Source: an uncultured Acidobacteriota bacterium (GTDB lineage Bacteria; Acidobacteriota; Vicinamibacteria; Vicinamibacterales; JAKQTR01). Taken from it: DNA of 64,000 bases. The position numbers were made by a program, and so were the translations under genes. Positions 37,593-46,411 of the stretch are shown here, piece after piece (within the stretch, counting starts at the first letter, position 1; every line of letters begins with the position of its first letter). The stretch covers positions 471,722 through 535,721 of the forward strand of contig CAWEJS010000002.1 in NCBI GenBank assembly GCA_963809475.1. Reading direction: 5' to 3'. The notes below the pieces were generated by a model. It saw only the letters and a program-made list of their open reading frames with translations. It did no database searches and was not told the DNA's origin.

Positions 37593-38366
37593 TCACGCCT
37601 CCATCGCCGCGCCGCTCTTCGGCTTCCTCTGGCTGAGCAACTGCCTCGTCGCGGGGTGCTGCGGCGACTCCAGCACGCGCGCGGGCGGGCCCGTCTCGAC
37701 GACGCGCCCCTCGGCCATCACGATGACACGATCCGCGAAGTCGCGCACGAAGTCGTCGTCATGGGTCGCCGCGAGCAGCGAGCGCCCGGCCTGCGTGAGC
37801 CGCGCGAGGGTGTCCCCGAGATCGTCCCGCCGGGCGGGGTCGAGCGACGCGGTCGGCTCGTCCATCAGGAGCAGCGGGGGGTCGACGGCGAGGGCCCTGG
37901 CGATGGCGACACGTTGCGCTTCCCCGCCGGACAGCTCGCGCGGCAGCGCGTGCGCGCGCGCGGCGACGCCCATCTGCTCCAGGAGCGCGAGCGCCCGCCG
38001 CTCCGCCTCGTGCCTGGGCATCCCGTGCACGTGGACGGGGGCCAGCCACACGTTGCGGAGCGCGGTCATGTGCTCGAACAGGTAGTGGAACTGAAAAACC
38101 ATGCCGACCTTGCGGCGCAGGGCGCGCAGCACGTCCGGCGAGGGCTCGCGTCCCGGGTGCAGCACCACGCCGTCCACGGTCAGCGAGCCGGCGTCGAAGG
38201 GCTCGAGCCCGGCCACTGCGCGCAGGAACGTCGTCTTGCCGCCGCCCGACAGGCCCATCAGCGCGACGAACTCGCCGCGGCCGACCTGCAGATCGACGCC
38301 GCGCAGCACGTCGAGTGAACCCCGCCGCGTGGTGACGCCGCGCGCCTCGAGGACGGGGGCGCTCAT
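37593..38366 (-). CDS. polar amino-acid ABC transporter ATP-binding protein
   Basis: Walker A is GLSGGGKTT, the signature is LSGGEAQRVAIARAL, and Walker B is LLLMDEPT. ATG 38366 overlaps the upstream stop (ATGA). Confidence 0.9.
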   Translation of the reverse strand: MSAPVLEARGVTTRRGSLDVLRGVDLQVGRGEFVALMGLSGGGKTTFLRAVAGLEPFDAGSLTVDGVVLHPGREPSPDVLRALRRKVGMVFQFHYLFEHMTALRNVWLAPVHVHGMPRHEAERRALALLEQMGVAARAHALPRELSGGEAQRVAIARALAVDPPLLLMDEPTASLDPARRDDLGDTLARLTQAGRSLLAATHDDDFVRDFADRVIVMAEGRVVETGPPARVLESPQHPATRQLLSQRKPKSGAAMEA

Positions 38367-39916
38367 GGGGTGGGCGCCTTCCATTTCGCCTCCAGGCGCC
38401 GCGCGGCCCGGGAGAGCGGCAGCGACATCGCCAGGTACAGCAGCGCGCACACCGCGCCCGGCAGGACCCAGCTGCCGATGTTGGCCGCGAAGATCTGCGT
38501 CTGCTTGGTCAGCTCGACGACCGTCAGCACCGACACGAGCGACGAGTCCTTGAGCAGGGCGACGAAGTCGTTGGTCATGGGCGCCAGGGCGAGGCGCAGC
38601 GCCTGGGGCCCCCGGACCAGCGTGAACACCTGGCGCTCGCCGAGCCCGAGGACGCGGGCCGCCTCGAGCTGCCCGCGCGGCACCGCCTCGAGGGCGCCGC
38701 GGTAGATCTCGCTCTCGTACGCCGCGTAGTTCAGCCCGAGGCCGAGGAGCGCGGCCACGAACGCCGGGAGGCGGACGACTTCCGCGAGCCCGTAGTAGAG
38801 CACGAACAGCTGGAGCAGGACAGGCGTCCCGCGGGTCACCTCCACGTACGCCGTCAGGGCGCCCCGCAGGATCCGGCCGCCGTACACCCGCCCGCTCGCC
38901 ACGAGCACGCCCACCGCGACCGCGAGCGCCATCGCCAGGCAGGACAACACGATCGTGATGAGGGCGGCCTTGAAGAGCGCGGGAAGGTATCGGATCGCCG
39001 CCGCGGTCCGGTCGAGTTGGCCGTAAGCCGGCGCGGCCGCCGAAGGACCGGGGGACGCCGCAGAGCCGGGGGATGGCGCGGCGCCGGCCGCCGCCGCATC
39101 GGCGAGCACACGGGCGTAGTGCGTTGGCTGGTCGTCGTTCCAGATGCCGTAGTGGCGGAAGATCCGCTCGAGCGTGCCGTCGCGCATGGCCTGCAGGAGG
39201 ATGGCGTCGATCCGGTCGCGCAACGCCGCATTCCGCCGGTCGAGGACGCCCACGTAGTAGCCGACGGCGACGGTGTCCGGCAGCGTCGCAATGCCGCGCA
39301 GTCGCCGCATGGCCTTCTCGGCGAGGACGTGGTCCAGCAGCACGCCGTCCAACCGGCCCAGCACCACGTCGTCGTACGGATGCACGTCATCGTCGTACGA
39401 CACGGCGACCAGCCCGGAATCCGCCTGGGCCTTCAGGAGAATCTCGTACGCGATCGTGCCGCCGAGCGTGCCGACGCGCTTGCCTGTGAAGTCACTGAGG
39501 GACTTGAGGCGCGTGGCATCGGCCGCCCGCACGGTCAGCACTTCGCGGAACTCGTAGTAGGGCACCGTGACGGCGAGGGTGGCCCGGCGCGCGGGCGTGT
39601 CCTCGATCCCGCTCAGGCCGATGGTGAAATCGCCGCGCTTGACCGAGGCGTCGATCGACGTGAACTGCACCGAGACGAACCGGGGCCGCAGGCCGAGCTT
39701 CGACGCGATGAGCGTGGCCACGTCCACGTCGAAGCCCACGACGCGCGCAGGATCGGCCGGATCGGCCTCGACGTACGGATAGCCGCCTTCGGGATCGCCG
39801 CCCCAGCGGAGGTCTCCCGATGGCGCCGGCGATTGCGCGGCCGCGCGTGCCGCCAGCAGCAGCACGCCCAGCCACGCGGCCGCGAGGCGCAATCGTCTCC
39901 GTGAAACGTGGTTCAT
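38363..39916 (-). CDS. fused periplasmic substrate-binding domain plus permease of a polar amino-acid ABC transporter
   Basis: ATG 39916 precedes a signal peptide, then an SBP type 3-like domain (VGFDVDVATLIASKLG). An Ala/Pro/Ser linker follows, then a HisM/GlnP-type permease (EAARVLGLGERQ-type EAA loop). Confidence 0.8.
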   Translation of the reverse strand: MNHVSRRRLRLAAAWLGVLLLAARAAAQSPAPSGDLRWGGDPEGGYPYVEADPADPARVVGFDVDVATLIASKLGLRPRFVSVQFTSIDASVKRGDFTIGLSGIEDTPARRATLAVTVPYYEFREVLTVRAADATRLKSLSDFTGKRVGTLGGTIAYEILLKAQADSGLVAVSYDDDVHPYDDVVLGRLDGVLLDHVLAEKAMRRLRGIATLPDTVAVGYYVGVLDRRNAALRDRIDAILLQAMRDGTLERIFRHYGIWNDDQPTHYARVLADAAAAGAAPSPGSAASPGPSAAAPAYGQLDRTAAAIRYLPALFKAALITIVLSCLAMALAVAVGVLVASGRVYGGRILRGALTAYVEVTRGTPVLLQLFVLYYGLAEVVRLPAFVAALLGLGLNYAAYESEIYRGALEAVPRGQLEAARVLGLGERQVFTLVRGPQALRLALAPMTNDFVALLKDSSLVSVLTVVELTKQTQIFAANIGSWVLPGAVCALLYLAMSLPLSRAARRLEAKWKAPTP

Positions 39917-40034
39917 GCTCGTCTCGATGGCTGAGAGCCTCGGAGAGCGATTATACGGTGCGCCAGGGCCGGACCGGTGGACATGCGATACGATGAGCCG
40001 CGTTGGGACGGACTCTGGATTCGGGGGAGAGACG

Positions 40035-42167
40035 ATGTCACGCAGCATTGGAGTGTCCGCTATTCTCATGACGGCTGCGCTGGCGACGGCGCTGGCGCAG
40101 GGGCCCGCGAAGGCGGCGCCGAAGCACAACCTGATGCCGGTACCGAAGTCGGTGACGTTCCAGGCCGGGCGGCTGCCGATTCAGGCGGCGATGACCGTCG
40201 CCGTCAGCCAGCACTCGGACGCGCGCCTGCTGGCGGGGCTCGACCGCGCGCTCAGGCGCCTCGAGCGCCGGACGGGCCTCGAGTTCCCGCGCGGCCTCGC
40301 AGCGGACGCGTCGGGCGCGACCCTCGTGGTGAAGGTGGACGGCCCCGGCAGCCGCGTGCCGTCGCTCGACGAGAACGAGTCCTACTCGCTCGCCGTCGAT
40401 GCGAAGCAGGCGCGCCTCGAAGCGCCCACCGTGGTCGGCGCCCTGCGGGGCCTCGAAACCGTGCTACAGCTCCTCGCGGGCGACCGGGACGGCTACTACC
40501 TGCCCGCCGTCACCATCACCGACGAGCCGCGGTTCCCCTGGCGGGGGCTGATGATCGACGTCGGCCGCCACTTCCAGCCCATCGAGGTCATCAAGCGCAA
40601 CCTCGACGGCATGGCGGCGGTGAAGCTGAACGTGCTGCACCTGCACCTGACCGAGGACCAGGGATTCCGGATCGAGAGCAAGAAGTTCCCGACGCTCCAC
40701 CAGAAGGGCTCCGACGGGCTGTACTTCACGCAGGATCAGATCCGCGAGATCATCGCCTACGCCGCCGGGCGCGGCATCCGGGTCGTGCCCGAATTCGACA
40801 TGCCCGGCCACATCACGTCGTGGCTCGTCGGGCACCCGGAGCTCGCCGCGGCGCCCGGGCCGTACGAGATCGTCCGGAGGTGGGGCGTCTTCGACGCCGG
40901 CTTCGATCCGACCAGAGAGGAGACCTACAAGTTCCTCGACGTCTTCCTCGGCGAGATGGCCGCGCTGTTCCCAGACGCGTACCTGCACATCGGCGGCGAC
41001 GAGCACGAAGGCAAGCAGTGGAAGGCCAACCCGGCCATCCAGGCGTTCATGACGAAGAACAAGCTGGCCGACGCCCACGCGCTCCAAGCGTACTTCAACC
41101 GGCGTCTGCTGAAGATCGTCACGAAGCACGGCAAACGCATGGTGGGCTGGGACGAGATCTTCCACCCGGATCTGCCGAAGGACATCGTCGTCCAGTCGTG
41201 GCGCGGGCCGAGGTCGCTGGCCGAGGGCGCGCGCCAGGGCTACACGGGCATTCTCTCGAACGGCTACTACATCGACCTGATGCAACCGGCGTCGCAGCAC
41301 TACCTGGTGGACCCGATCCCGGACTCGCTCGGCCTAACGCCGGCTGAGGCCGCGCGCATCGTCGGCGGCGAGGCGACGATGTGGTCGGAGTGGGTGTCGC
41401 CGGAGACCATCGACTCGCGCATCTGGCCCCGGACCGCGGCCATCGCCGAACGGTTCTGGTCGGCGGCGTCCGTGCGCGACGTGCCCGACATGTACCGCCG
41501 GCTCGTGGCGGTGTCGCTGCAGCTCGAGGATCTCGGCCTGCAGCACGAGAGCCAGGCGGCCGTGATGCTGCGGCGCATGACGGGGACCCACGCCATCGGC
41601 CCTGTCGCGACGCTCGCGGCGGTGGTCGAACCCGTCCAGGGCTACCGGCGCGGCCGCGAACGGCCCGGCGGGCAGTTCCAGCCGCTGACCGGGCTCATCG
41701 ATGTCGCGAGGGCCGACAGCCGGGCCGCGCTCCGGTTCAGCGCGGCGGCGGACGACATGCTCTCGGACGCGCCGCGGTTCCGCGAGCGCCGCGAGGACAT
41801 CGTGGCCGCGCTCCAGTCGTGGCGCGACGTCAGGCCGGGCATCGACCGGATCATCGACGGCGCGCCGATGCTGCGCGAGGCCGCGCCGCTCGCGGTCGAC
41901 CTCTCGGCGCTGGGCACGCTCGGGCTCGAGGCCGTGTCCTACCTGGAGGCGGGCGAGGCGCCGCCGGCGGGCTGGCGCGAGGCGGCGATGGCGCAGCTCG
42001 ACGCGGCCGCGAAGCCGCGCGCGGGACTGGAACTCGCCGTCGTGCCATCCATGCGCAGGCTCGTCGTGGCCTGCGCGGAGATCGCGCAGCTCTCCGCCAT
42101 GACGCGCGAGGCATGGAAGGCGCGGGTCGAGTCGCTCGCGGCACCCCCGCCGCCGCGGAAGAGGTAG
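40035..42167 (+). CDS. secreted GH20 beta-N-acetylhexosaminidase with long C-terminal extension
   Basis: ATG 40035 precedes the signal MSRSIGVSAILMTAALATALA. RFPWRGLMIDVGRHF and LHIGGDE(H) are GH20 catalytic-region motifs. Confidence 0.85.
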   Translation: MSRSIGVSAILMTAALATALAQGPAKAAPKHNLMPVPKSVTFQAGRLPIQAAMTVAVSQHSDARLLAGLDRALRRLERRTGLEFPRGLAADASGATLVVKVDGPGSRVPSLDENESYSLAVDAKQARLEAPTVVGALRGLETVLQLLAGDRDGYYLPAVTITDEPRFPWRGLMIDVGRHFQPIEVIKRNLDGMAAVKLNVLHLHLTEDQGFRIESKKFPTLHQKGSDGLYFTQDQIREIIAYAAGRGIRVVPEFDMPGHITSWLVGHPELAAAPGPYEIVRRWGVFDAGFDPTREETYKFLDVFLGEMAALFPDAYLHIGGDEHEGKQWKANPAIQAFMTKNKLADAHALQAYFNRRLLKIVTKHGKRMVGWDEIFHPDLPKDIVVQSWRGPRSLAEGARQGYTGILSNGYYIDLMQPASQHYLVDPIPDSLGLTPAEAARIVGGEATMWSEWVSPETIDSRIWPRTAAIAERFWSAASVRDVPDMYRRLVAVSLQLEDLGLQHESQAAVMLRRMTGTHAIGPVATLAAVVEPVQGYRRGRERPGGQFQPLTGLIDVARADSRAALRFSAAADDMLSDAPRFRERREDIVAALQSWRDVRPGIDRIIDGAPMLREAAPLAVDLSALGTLGLEAVSYLEAGEAPPAGWREAAMAQLDAAAKPRAGLELAVVPSMRRLVVACAEIAQLSAMTREAWKARVESLAAPPPPRKR

Positions 42168-42179
42168 CGGGGCCGCCGG

Positions 42180-43124
42180 ATGAGCACGCTCGTCACTCGC
42201 AGCGCGGAGGACCGGCGGCTGAACCAGCGCGCGATGCGCCTGTCGCTGGCCGTCGGCGTCGCGATGCTCGTCGGCAAGGTCGCCGCGTACGTGCTGACCG
42301 GCTCGTCGGCCATTCTCTCCGATGCTCTCGAGTCGGTGATCCACGTGCTGGCGGTCGCGTTCGCGTCCTTCAGCCTGCACCTCAGCGTGAAGCCGGCCGA
42401 CTCGCGGTTCCCGTACGGCTACGAGCGGATCGCGTTCTTCTCGGCCGGCTTCGAGGGCGCCCTGATCATCCTGGCGGCCGCCGCCATCATCTGGACCGCC
42501 GCCTACAAGTGGTCGCACGGCCTCCACATCGAGCGGCTCGGCACCGGCACGCTCCTCGTCCTGGCGGCATCCATCATCAACGGCGCGCTCGGGTGGTACC
42601 TCGTCCGCACCGGCCGCCGCTCGAAGTCGATCATCCTCGAAGCGAACGGCCGGCATGTGCTGACCGACTCCTGGACCAGCCTCGGTGTCGTCGGCGGGCT
42701 CTGCCTGGTGATGCTCACGGGCTGGCTCCCCTTCGACCCGATCCTGGCGATCGCGGTCGCCGTGAACATCCTGTGGTCGGGCGCCCACCTCGTCTGGCGG
42801 TCGGTCAGCGGGCTCATGGACTACACCGATCCCAGCCGGACGACCCGGGTGGAATCGACCATCGAGCCGCTCTCCCGCGACCTGGGATTCAAGCACCACG
42901 GGCTGCGCGTCCGGCATACCGGCCAACGGGTGCTGGTCGAGCTCCATCTGCTCTTCCCGTTTGCCGTGACGCTCGGCGACGCCCACCGGCGGGCGACCGT
43001 CCTCGAACACCACCTGGCTGAGGCGCTCGGGGAGGAGGCCGAGGTGGTCACGCACCTCGAGTCGCTCGAAGACCACGCCGTCGTGCACGACCAGGCACAC
43101 TGGGGTCAGGACGGCTCGGCCTGA
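42180..43124 (+). CDS. cation diffusion facilitator (CDF) family metal efflux transporter
   Basis: The typical CDF layout is present: six TM segments (SAILSDALESVIHV) plus a C-terminal cytoplasmic domain. Confidence 0.85.
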   Translation: MSTLVTRSAEDRRLNQRAMRLSLAVGVAMLVGKVAAYVLTGSSAILSDALESVIHVLAVAFASFSLHLSVKPADSRFPYGYERIAFFSAGFEGALIILAAAAIIWTAAYKWSHGLHIERLGTGTLLVLAASIINGALGWYLVRTGRRSKSIILEANGRHVLTDSWTSLGVVGGLCLVMLTGWLPFDPILAIAVAVNILWSGAHLVWRSVSGLMDYTDPSRTTRVESTIEPLSRDLGFKHHGLRVRHTGQRVLVELHLLFPFAVTLGDAHRRATVLEHHLAEALGEEAEVVTHLESLEDHAVVHDQAHWGQDGSA

Positions 43125-43128
43125 CCCC
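43102..43128 (+). terminator. hairpin GGGGTCAGG-acggctcgg-CCTGACCCC overlapping the CDF stop
   Basis: A 9-bp perfect stem has arms resembling the 1055..1078 hairpin (GGGGTCAG/CTGACCCC). There is no U-run. Confidence 0.4.
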
Positions 43129-43261
43129 GACTCCAAATTCGTCACCGGGTTGACGGAACGGGATGCCGGCCGTCAAACGCCCGCCGGCCGGCTCCGTGGT
43201 GCGCGCTGGCAAGTGGCTTCTGACCATGCACTTGCGCGTGCAAGGCACGCGTCTGGCGAGC

Positions 43262-43277
43262 TGGCAGCCGGCTTGCT
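43262..43277 (+). promoter_or_regulatory. sigma-54-like -24/-12 element TGGCAG-ccggc-TTGCT
   Basis: This is a close match to TGGCAC-N5-TTGCW inside an ORF-free gap. The palindrome TGCAC-N6-GTGCA lies at 43227-43242, and TTGACGG-N13-CCGTCAA lies at 43150-43176 upstream. A chance match is not excluded. Confidence 0.3.
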
Positions 43278-43667
43278 CCTCTACGTGGTGCGAGGAATGC
43301 GCAAGCACTCCAGACCGACGCCCGTGACGTGGTGGCCTCCACGTCGACGGCCCCGGGAGAGGCGGGTCTGACCCGCTCGCCTCTCCCACTCCACATCTCG
43401 TCTCATCCTAGCGAGGTAGCCGGGGGGCACGTGCTCCCCGGCTGCGCCTCTCGAGCGGCAACACCATCGGAGTCATGGTCCATGAGCGAGCGACTCCGCG
43501 TTGCCGAGCCTCGCGGGGCACGGGTCCTGTCCGCGCCGTTCCCATCTGTGCTCGGCTGACCAATCGAATCGTCCGGCGATTTGCCTGCGCGCAGATGGGA
43601 GCCGCCGCGGCCACCCGCTGAGGGGCCATGTGTCCTCGGCGGAGTCGTTGCCGGTAAGGGGTCGCGT

Positions 43668-44924
43668 CTATTCGTATCGCAGCGATTCGATCGGATCGAG
43701 GCGGGAGGCGCGCAGCGCGGGCCAGAGGCCGCTGAGGATCCCGGTCAGCATCAGGATCACGGTCGTCGAGATCAGCACGTCGGGCGTGAGGATGAGGTTG
43801 ATGTCGGTGTCTCCGGTCGGGTCGCCGATGAGGTGCGCGAGGAACGGCCTCCTGCCGGCGGCGTGCACCAGGACCCACGTGAGCGCCATCCCGGCGACGC
43901 CGCCGAACCCCGTGATGACGAGCGCCTCGAGCAGGAACTGCAGCAGGATGTGGCGGCGCCGTGCGCCGAGCGCCTTCCGCACGCCGATCTCCCGCGTGCG
44001 CTCCGTCACCGACACCAGCATGATGTTCATCACGCCGACGCCGCCAATCATGAGCGTCAGCGTCCCGACGAACACGAGCACGAGCTTCAGGCCCATGGTC
44101 ATCCCGCCGAAGATCCGCCGGATCTCGGCACTGTCGTTGATGGACAGGGCGCGATCGTCCCGCGGGTCGAACCGGTGCCGTTCTGCCAGGACGCCCCGCA
44201 CCTGCGTCATGCCCCGCTCGTGGAACGCCGGGGCGATGGTCTGCACGACGATGGTGTCGAGGTAGTCCTGGTGGAAGAGCTGCTCCGTCACCGAGTACGG
44301 GATGAAGACGCTCATCTTGTCGGGCCAGAAGTAGTTCGACAGCTGCGCCTTGTCCGTCAGGACCCCCACCACCTCGAAGGACAGCCCCCGGATCCGGATC
44401 GTCTGCCCGACGGCCGGGCTGTTGCCGAACAGCTTGAGCGCAACCTCGGTGCCCAGGAACGCCACGCGCCGCCGCCGTTCGACGTCCTCGGCGTTGATGA
44501 ACCGCCCGTCCGACGGCGTCTCGGTGCGCATGACGCCGTACTCCGGGGCCACCCCCCGCACGCCGGCCGACGTCGCCCGGCTGCCGTAGCTGAGGGGCAG
44601 CGTCTCGAAGATCTCGGGGCTGACGGACTTCACGAGGCCGAGTTGTTTCAGCGGCTCGATGTCGGCGTACTTGAGGTACACGCGCCGGCCCGCCCGCTCC
44701 CCGCCCGCCTGCATGCTGGTCTGGCCGCCGTAGATCACGGCGACGCCGTCGGAGAACGCGTTGCCGAAGCCGACGAACATCGCCCGGTGGAACCCGTTGC
44801 CGTACGCCATCATCGACGTGACGGTCACGATCCCCCACGCGATGCCGAGCATCGTCAGGCCCGCCCGGAACCGGTGGGCGACGATGGAGTTCCAGGCTTG
44901 GGAAACCGTCTCTCTGAAAAGCAC
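43668..44924 (-). CDS. MacB/FtsX-type ABC transporter permease (paralog 2)
   Basis: The GTG 44924 start gives (M)[30 protein letters not shown], parallel to the paralog 1 N-terminus. A periplasmic domain and a C-terminal FtsX 3-TM bundle follow ([14 protein letters not shown]). Confidence 0.88.
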   Translation of the reverse strand: MLFRETVSQAWNSIVAHRFRAGLTMLGIAWGIVTVTSMMAYGNGFHRAMFVGFGNAFSDGVAVIYGGQTSMQAGGERAGRRVYLKYADIEPLKQLGLVKSVSPEIFETLPLSYGSRATSAGVRGVAPEYGVMRTETPSDGRFINAEDVERRRRVAFLGTEVALKLFGNSPAVGQTIRIRGLSFEVVGVLTDKAQLSNYFWPDKMSVFIPYSVTEQLFHQDYLDTIVVQTIAPAFHERGMTQVRGVLAERHRFDPRDDRALSINDSAEIRRIFGGMTMGLKLVLVFVGTLTLMIGGVGVMNIMLVSVTERTREIGVRKALGARRRHILLQFLLEALVITGFGGVAGMALTWVLVHAAGRRPFLAHLIGDPTGDTDINLILTPDVLISTTVILMLTGILSGLWPALRASRLDPIESLRYE

Positions 44925-45012
44925 GTGTCCCTCGTCGCGAGTCAGAACCGTCAGAAGCCAGGAGACAGGAGTCCGAATTCAGAATGATGGCCGCGTGGGG
45001 ACATCCATGATG

Positions 45013-45043
<31 letters not shown>

Positions 45044-45044
45044 T

Positions 45045-46367
45045 CTACGCTTCATAGCGTAACGCTTCGATCGGCGTCAGGCCCGCGGCCCGCCGCGCCG
45101 GGTACGTCGCCGCCGACACGCCGATCAGCGCGAGCGCCGCCACGGCGAACAGCCCGGTCCGCCACGTGACGATCAGCCCGGTGAACCGCTCGGGCATCGG
45201 GGCGAGGTTGACCAGGTCGCACAGCCCCATCCCGATCGCGAAGCCGATGAGCCCGCTCAGGCCCGTGAGCAGCAACCCCTCGGCGAAGAACTGCCACTGG
45301 ATGCGCGCGGCCGTGGCCCCGATGGCCTTCCGCACGCCGATCTCAATCGTGCGCTCCCGCACGGCCACGAGCATGATGTTCATCACGCCGATGCCGCCGA
45401 GGAGCAGCGTGACGATCGCCACCGCCAGGAAGAAATCGTCCATGCCCTCGATCATCTTGTCGAACATGACCGACTCGACGGCGGTGTTCCAGAAGCTGAG
45501 CGCCTCCGCGTCGGCCGGATCGAAGTCGTGGCGCTTCGCCAGGATCTGGCGCACCTCGGATTCGACGGGCCCCCTGGCCTCGAGACCGGCGAAGCTGATG
45601 AGGCCCTTCTCCCGGTCGATCATCTCGCGGATCTGAACCGTCACGTGCGGATACGGCGCGGCGATGATCGTCGAGACGCTGTCCTGGCTGTTCAGCAGCC
45701 CGGGCATCGGAAAGTCCTTGCGCGCCGTCTCGTACGGGATGAACAGCCGCCCGTCGTCCTGGCCGGTGTAGTTCGAGTCCTGCTGCTTCTTGCGGACGCG
45801 TCCGATCACGGTGTACGGCAGCCCGTTCACCGTGACGGCCATGCCCACGGGATCGCGGTCGGCGAACAACTGCTTCGACGCGTCGAACCCGAGCACGGCG
45901 ACGCGCCGGACTTCCTGGCAGTCCTTCTCGTTGATCGGACGTCCCCGGTCGACTTCGATCGTCCGCATGTACTGGTAGATGGGCCACACACCGCTCATCG
46001 ACGTGGCGCTCGAGTTGTAGGCGCTCTTCACCCGCAACCCGCCGCGGAGGATCTCGGGGCTGAAGTACTGCAGCAGCTTCGACTCGGCTTGCAGCGCCCG
46101 CACGTCGTCGAAGGTGAGCCGGATGGCCCGCCCCGCGCGCAGGCCGCCGGCCTGCAGCGATGTGCGGCCGTTCCGGATGATGACGATGTTCTTGCCCAGC
46201 TCCGCGAGGACCTTCTGGTTGCCTCTCGAGAAGCCCTCTCCCAGCGCCGACAGGAGGATGAACGAGATCACGCCCCAGGCGATGCCGAACATCGTGAGGA
46301 ACGAGCGGAGCTTGTTGGCCCGCAGGTTCGCCCACGTCTGCCAGAAGAGGTCCCTGATGAACAGCAT
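45045..46367 (-). CDS. MacB/FtsX-type ABC transporter permease (paralog 1)
   Basis: MLFIRDLFWQTWANLRANKLRSFLTMFGIAWG... shows the MacB-like periplasmic domain, and the FtsX domain carries GVRKAIGATAARI. Confidence 0.88.
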   Translation of the reverse strand: MLFIRDLFWQTWANLRANKLRSFLTMFGIAWGVISFILLSALGEGFSRGNQKVLAELGKNIVIIRNGRTSLQAGGLRAGRAIRLTFDDVRALQAESKLLQYFSPEILRGGLRVKSAYNSSATSMSGVWPIYQYMRTIEVDRGRPINEKDCQEVRRVAVLGFDASKQLFADRDPVGMAVTVNGLPYTVIGRVRKKQQDSNYTGQDDGRLFIPYETARKDFPMPGLLNSQDSVSTIIAAPYPHVTVQIREMIDREKGLISFAGLEARGPVESEVRQILAKRHDFDPADAEALSFWNTAVESVMFDKMIEGMDDFFLAVAIVTLLLGGIGVMNIMLVAVRERTIEIGVRKAIGATAARIQWQFFAEGLLLTGLSGLIGFAIGMGLCDLVNLAPMPERFTGLIVTWRTGLFAVAALALIGVSAATYPARRAAGLTPIEALRYEA

Positions 46368-46375
46368 GATGTGTT

Positions 46376-46403
46376 GAGTCCCGAGTCCCGAGTCCCGAGT
46401 CCC
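46376..46403 (-). repeat. heptamer array (GGGACTC)x4 on the mRNA-sense strand
   Basis: The plus strand reads GAGTCCC x4, perfect copies. The array fills most of the 44-nt spacer between the MFP stop (46412) and the permease 1 ATG (46367). The last unit ends 8 nt before the ATG. Confidence 0.9.
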
Positions 46404-46411
46404 GTCTGGAT

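Noticed and set aside
43125-43667. RNase P RNA, tmRNA, SRP RNA or 6S RNA in the ORF-free gap.
   Set aside because: The hallmark strings are absent on both strands. These are GAGGAAAGTCCGGGC and ACAGAACCCGGCTTA for RNase P, a tRNA-like TTCGA T-arm with a CCA end plus a tag ORF for tmRNA, and GGAAGGAAGCAGCC-type for SRP. The region is kept only as an unclassified candidate.
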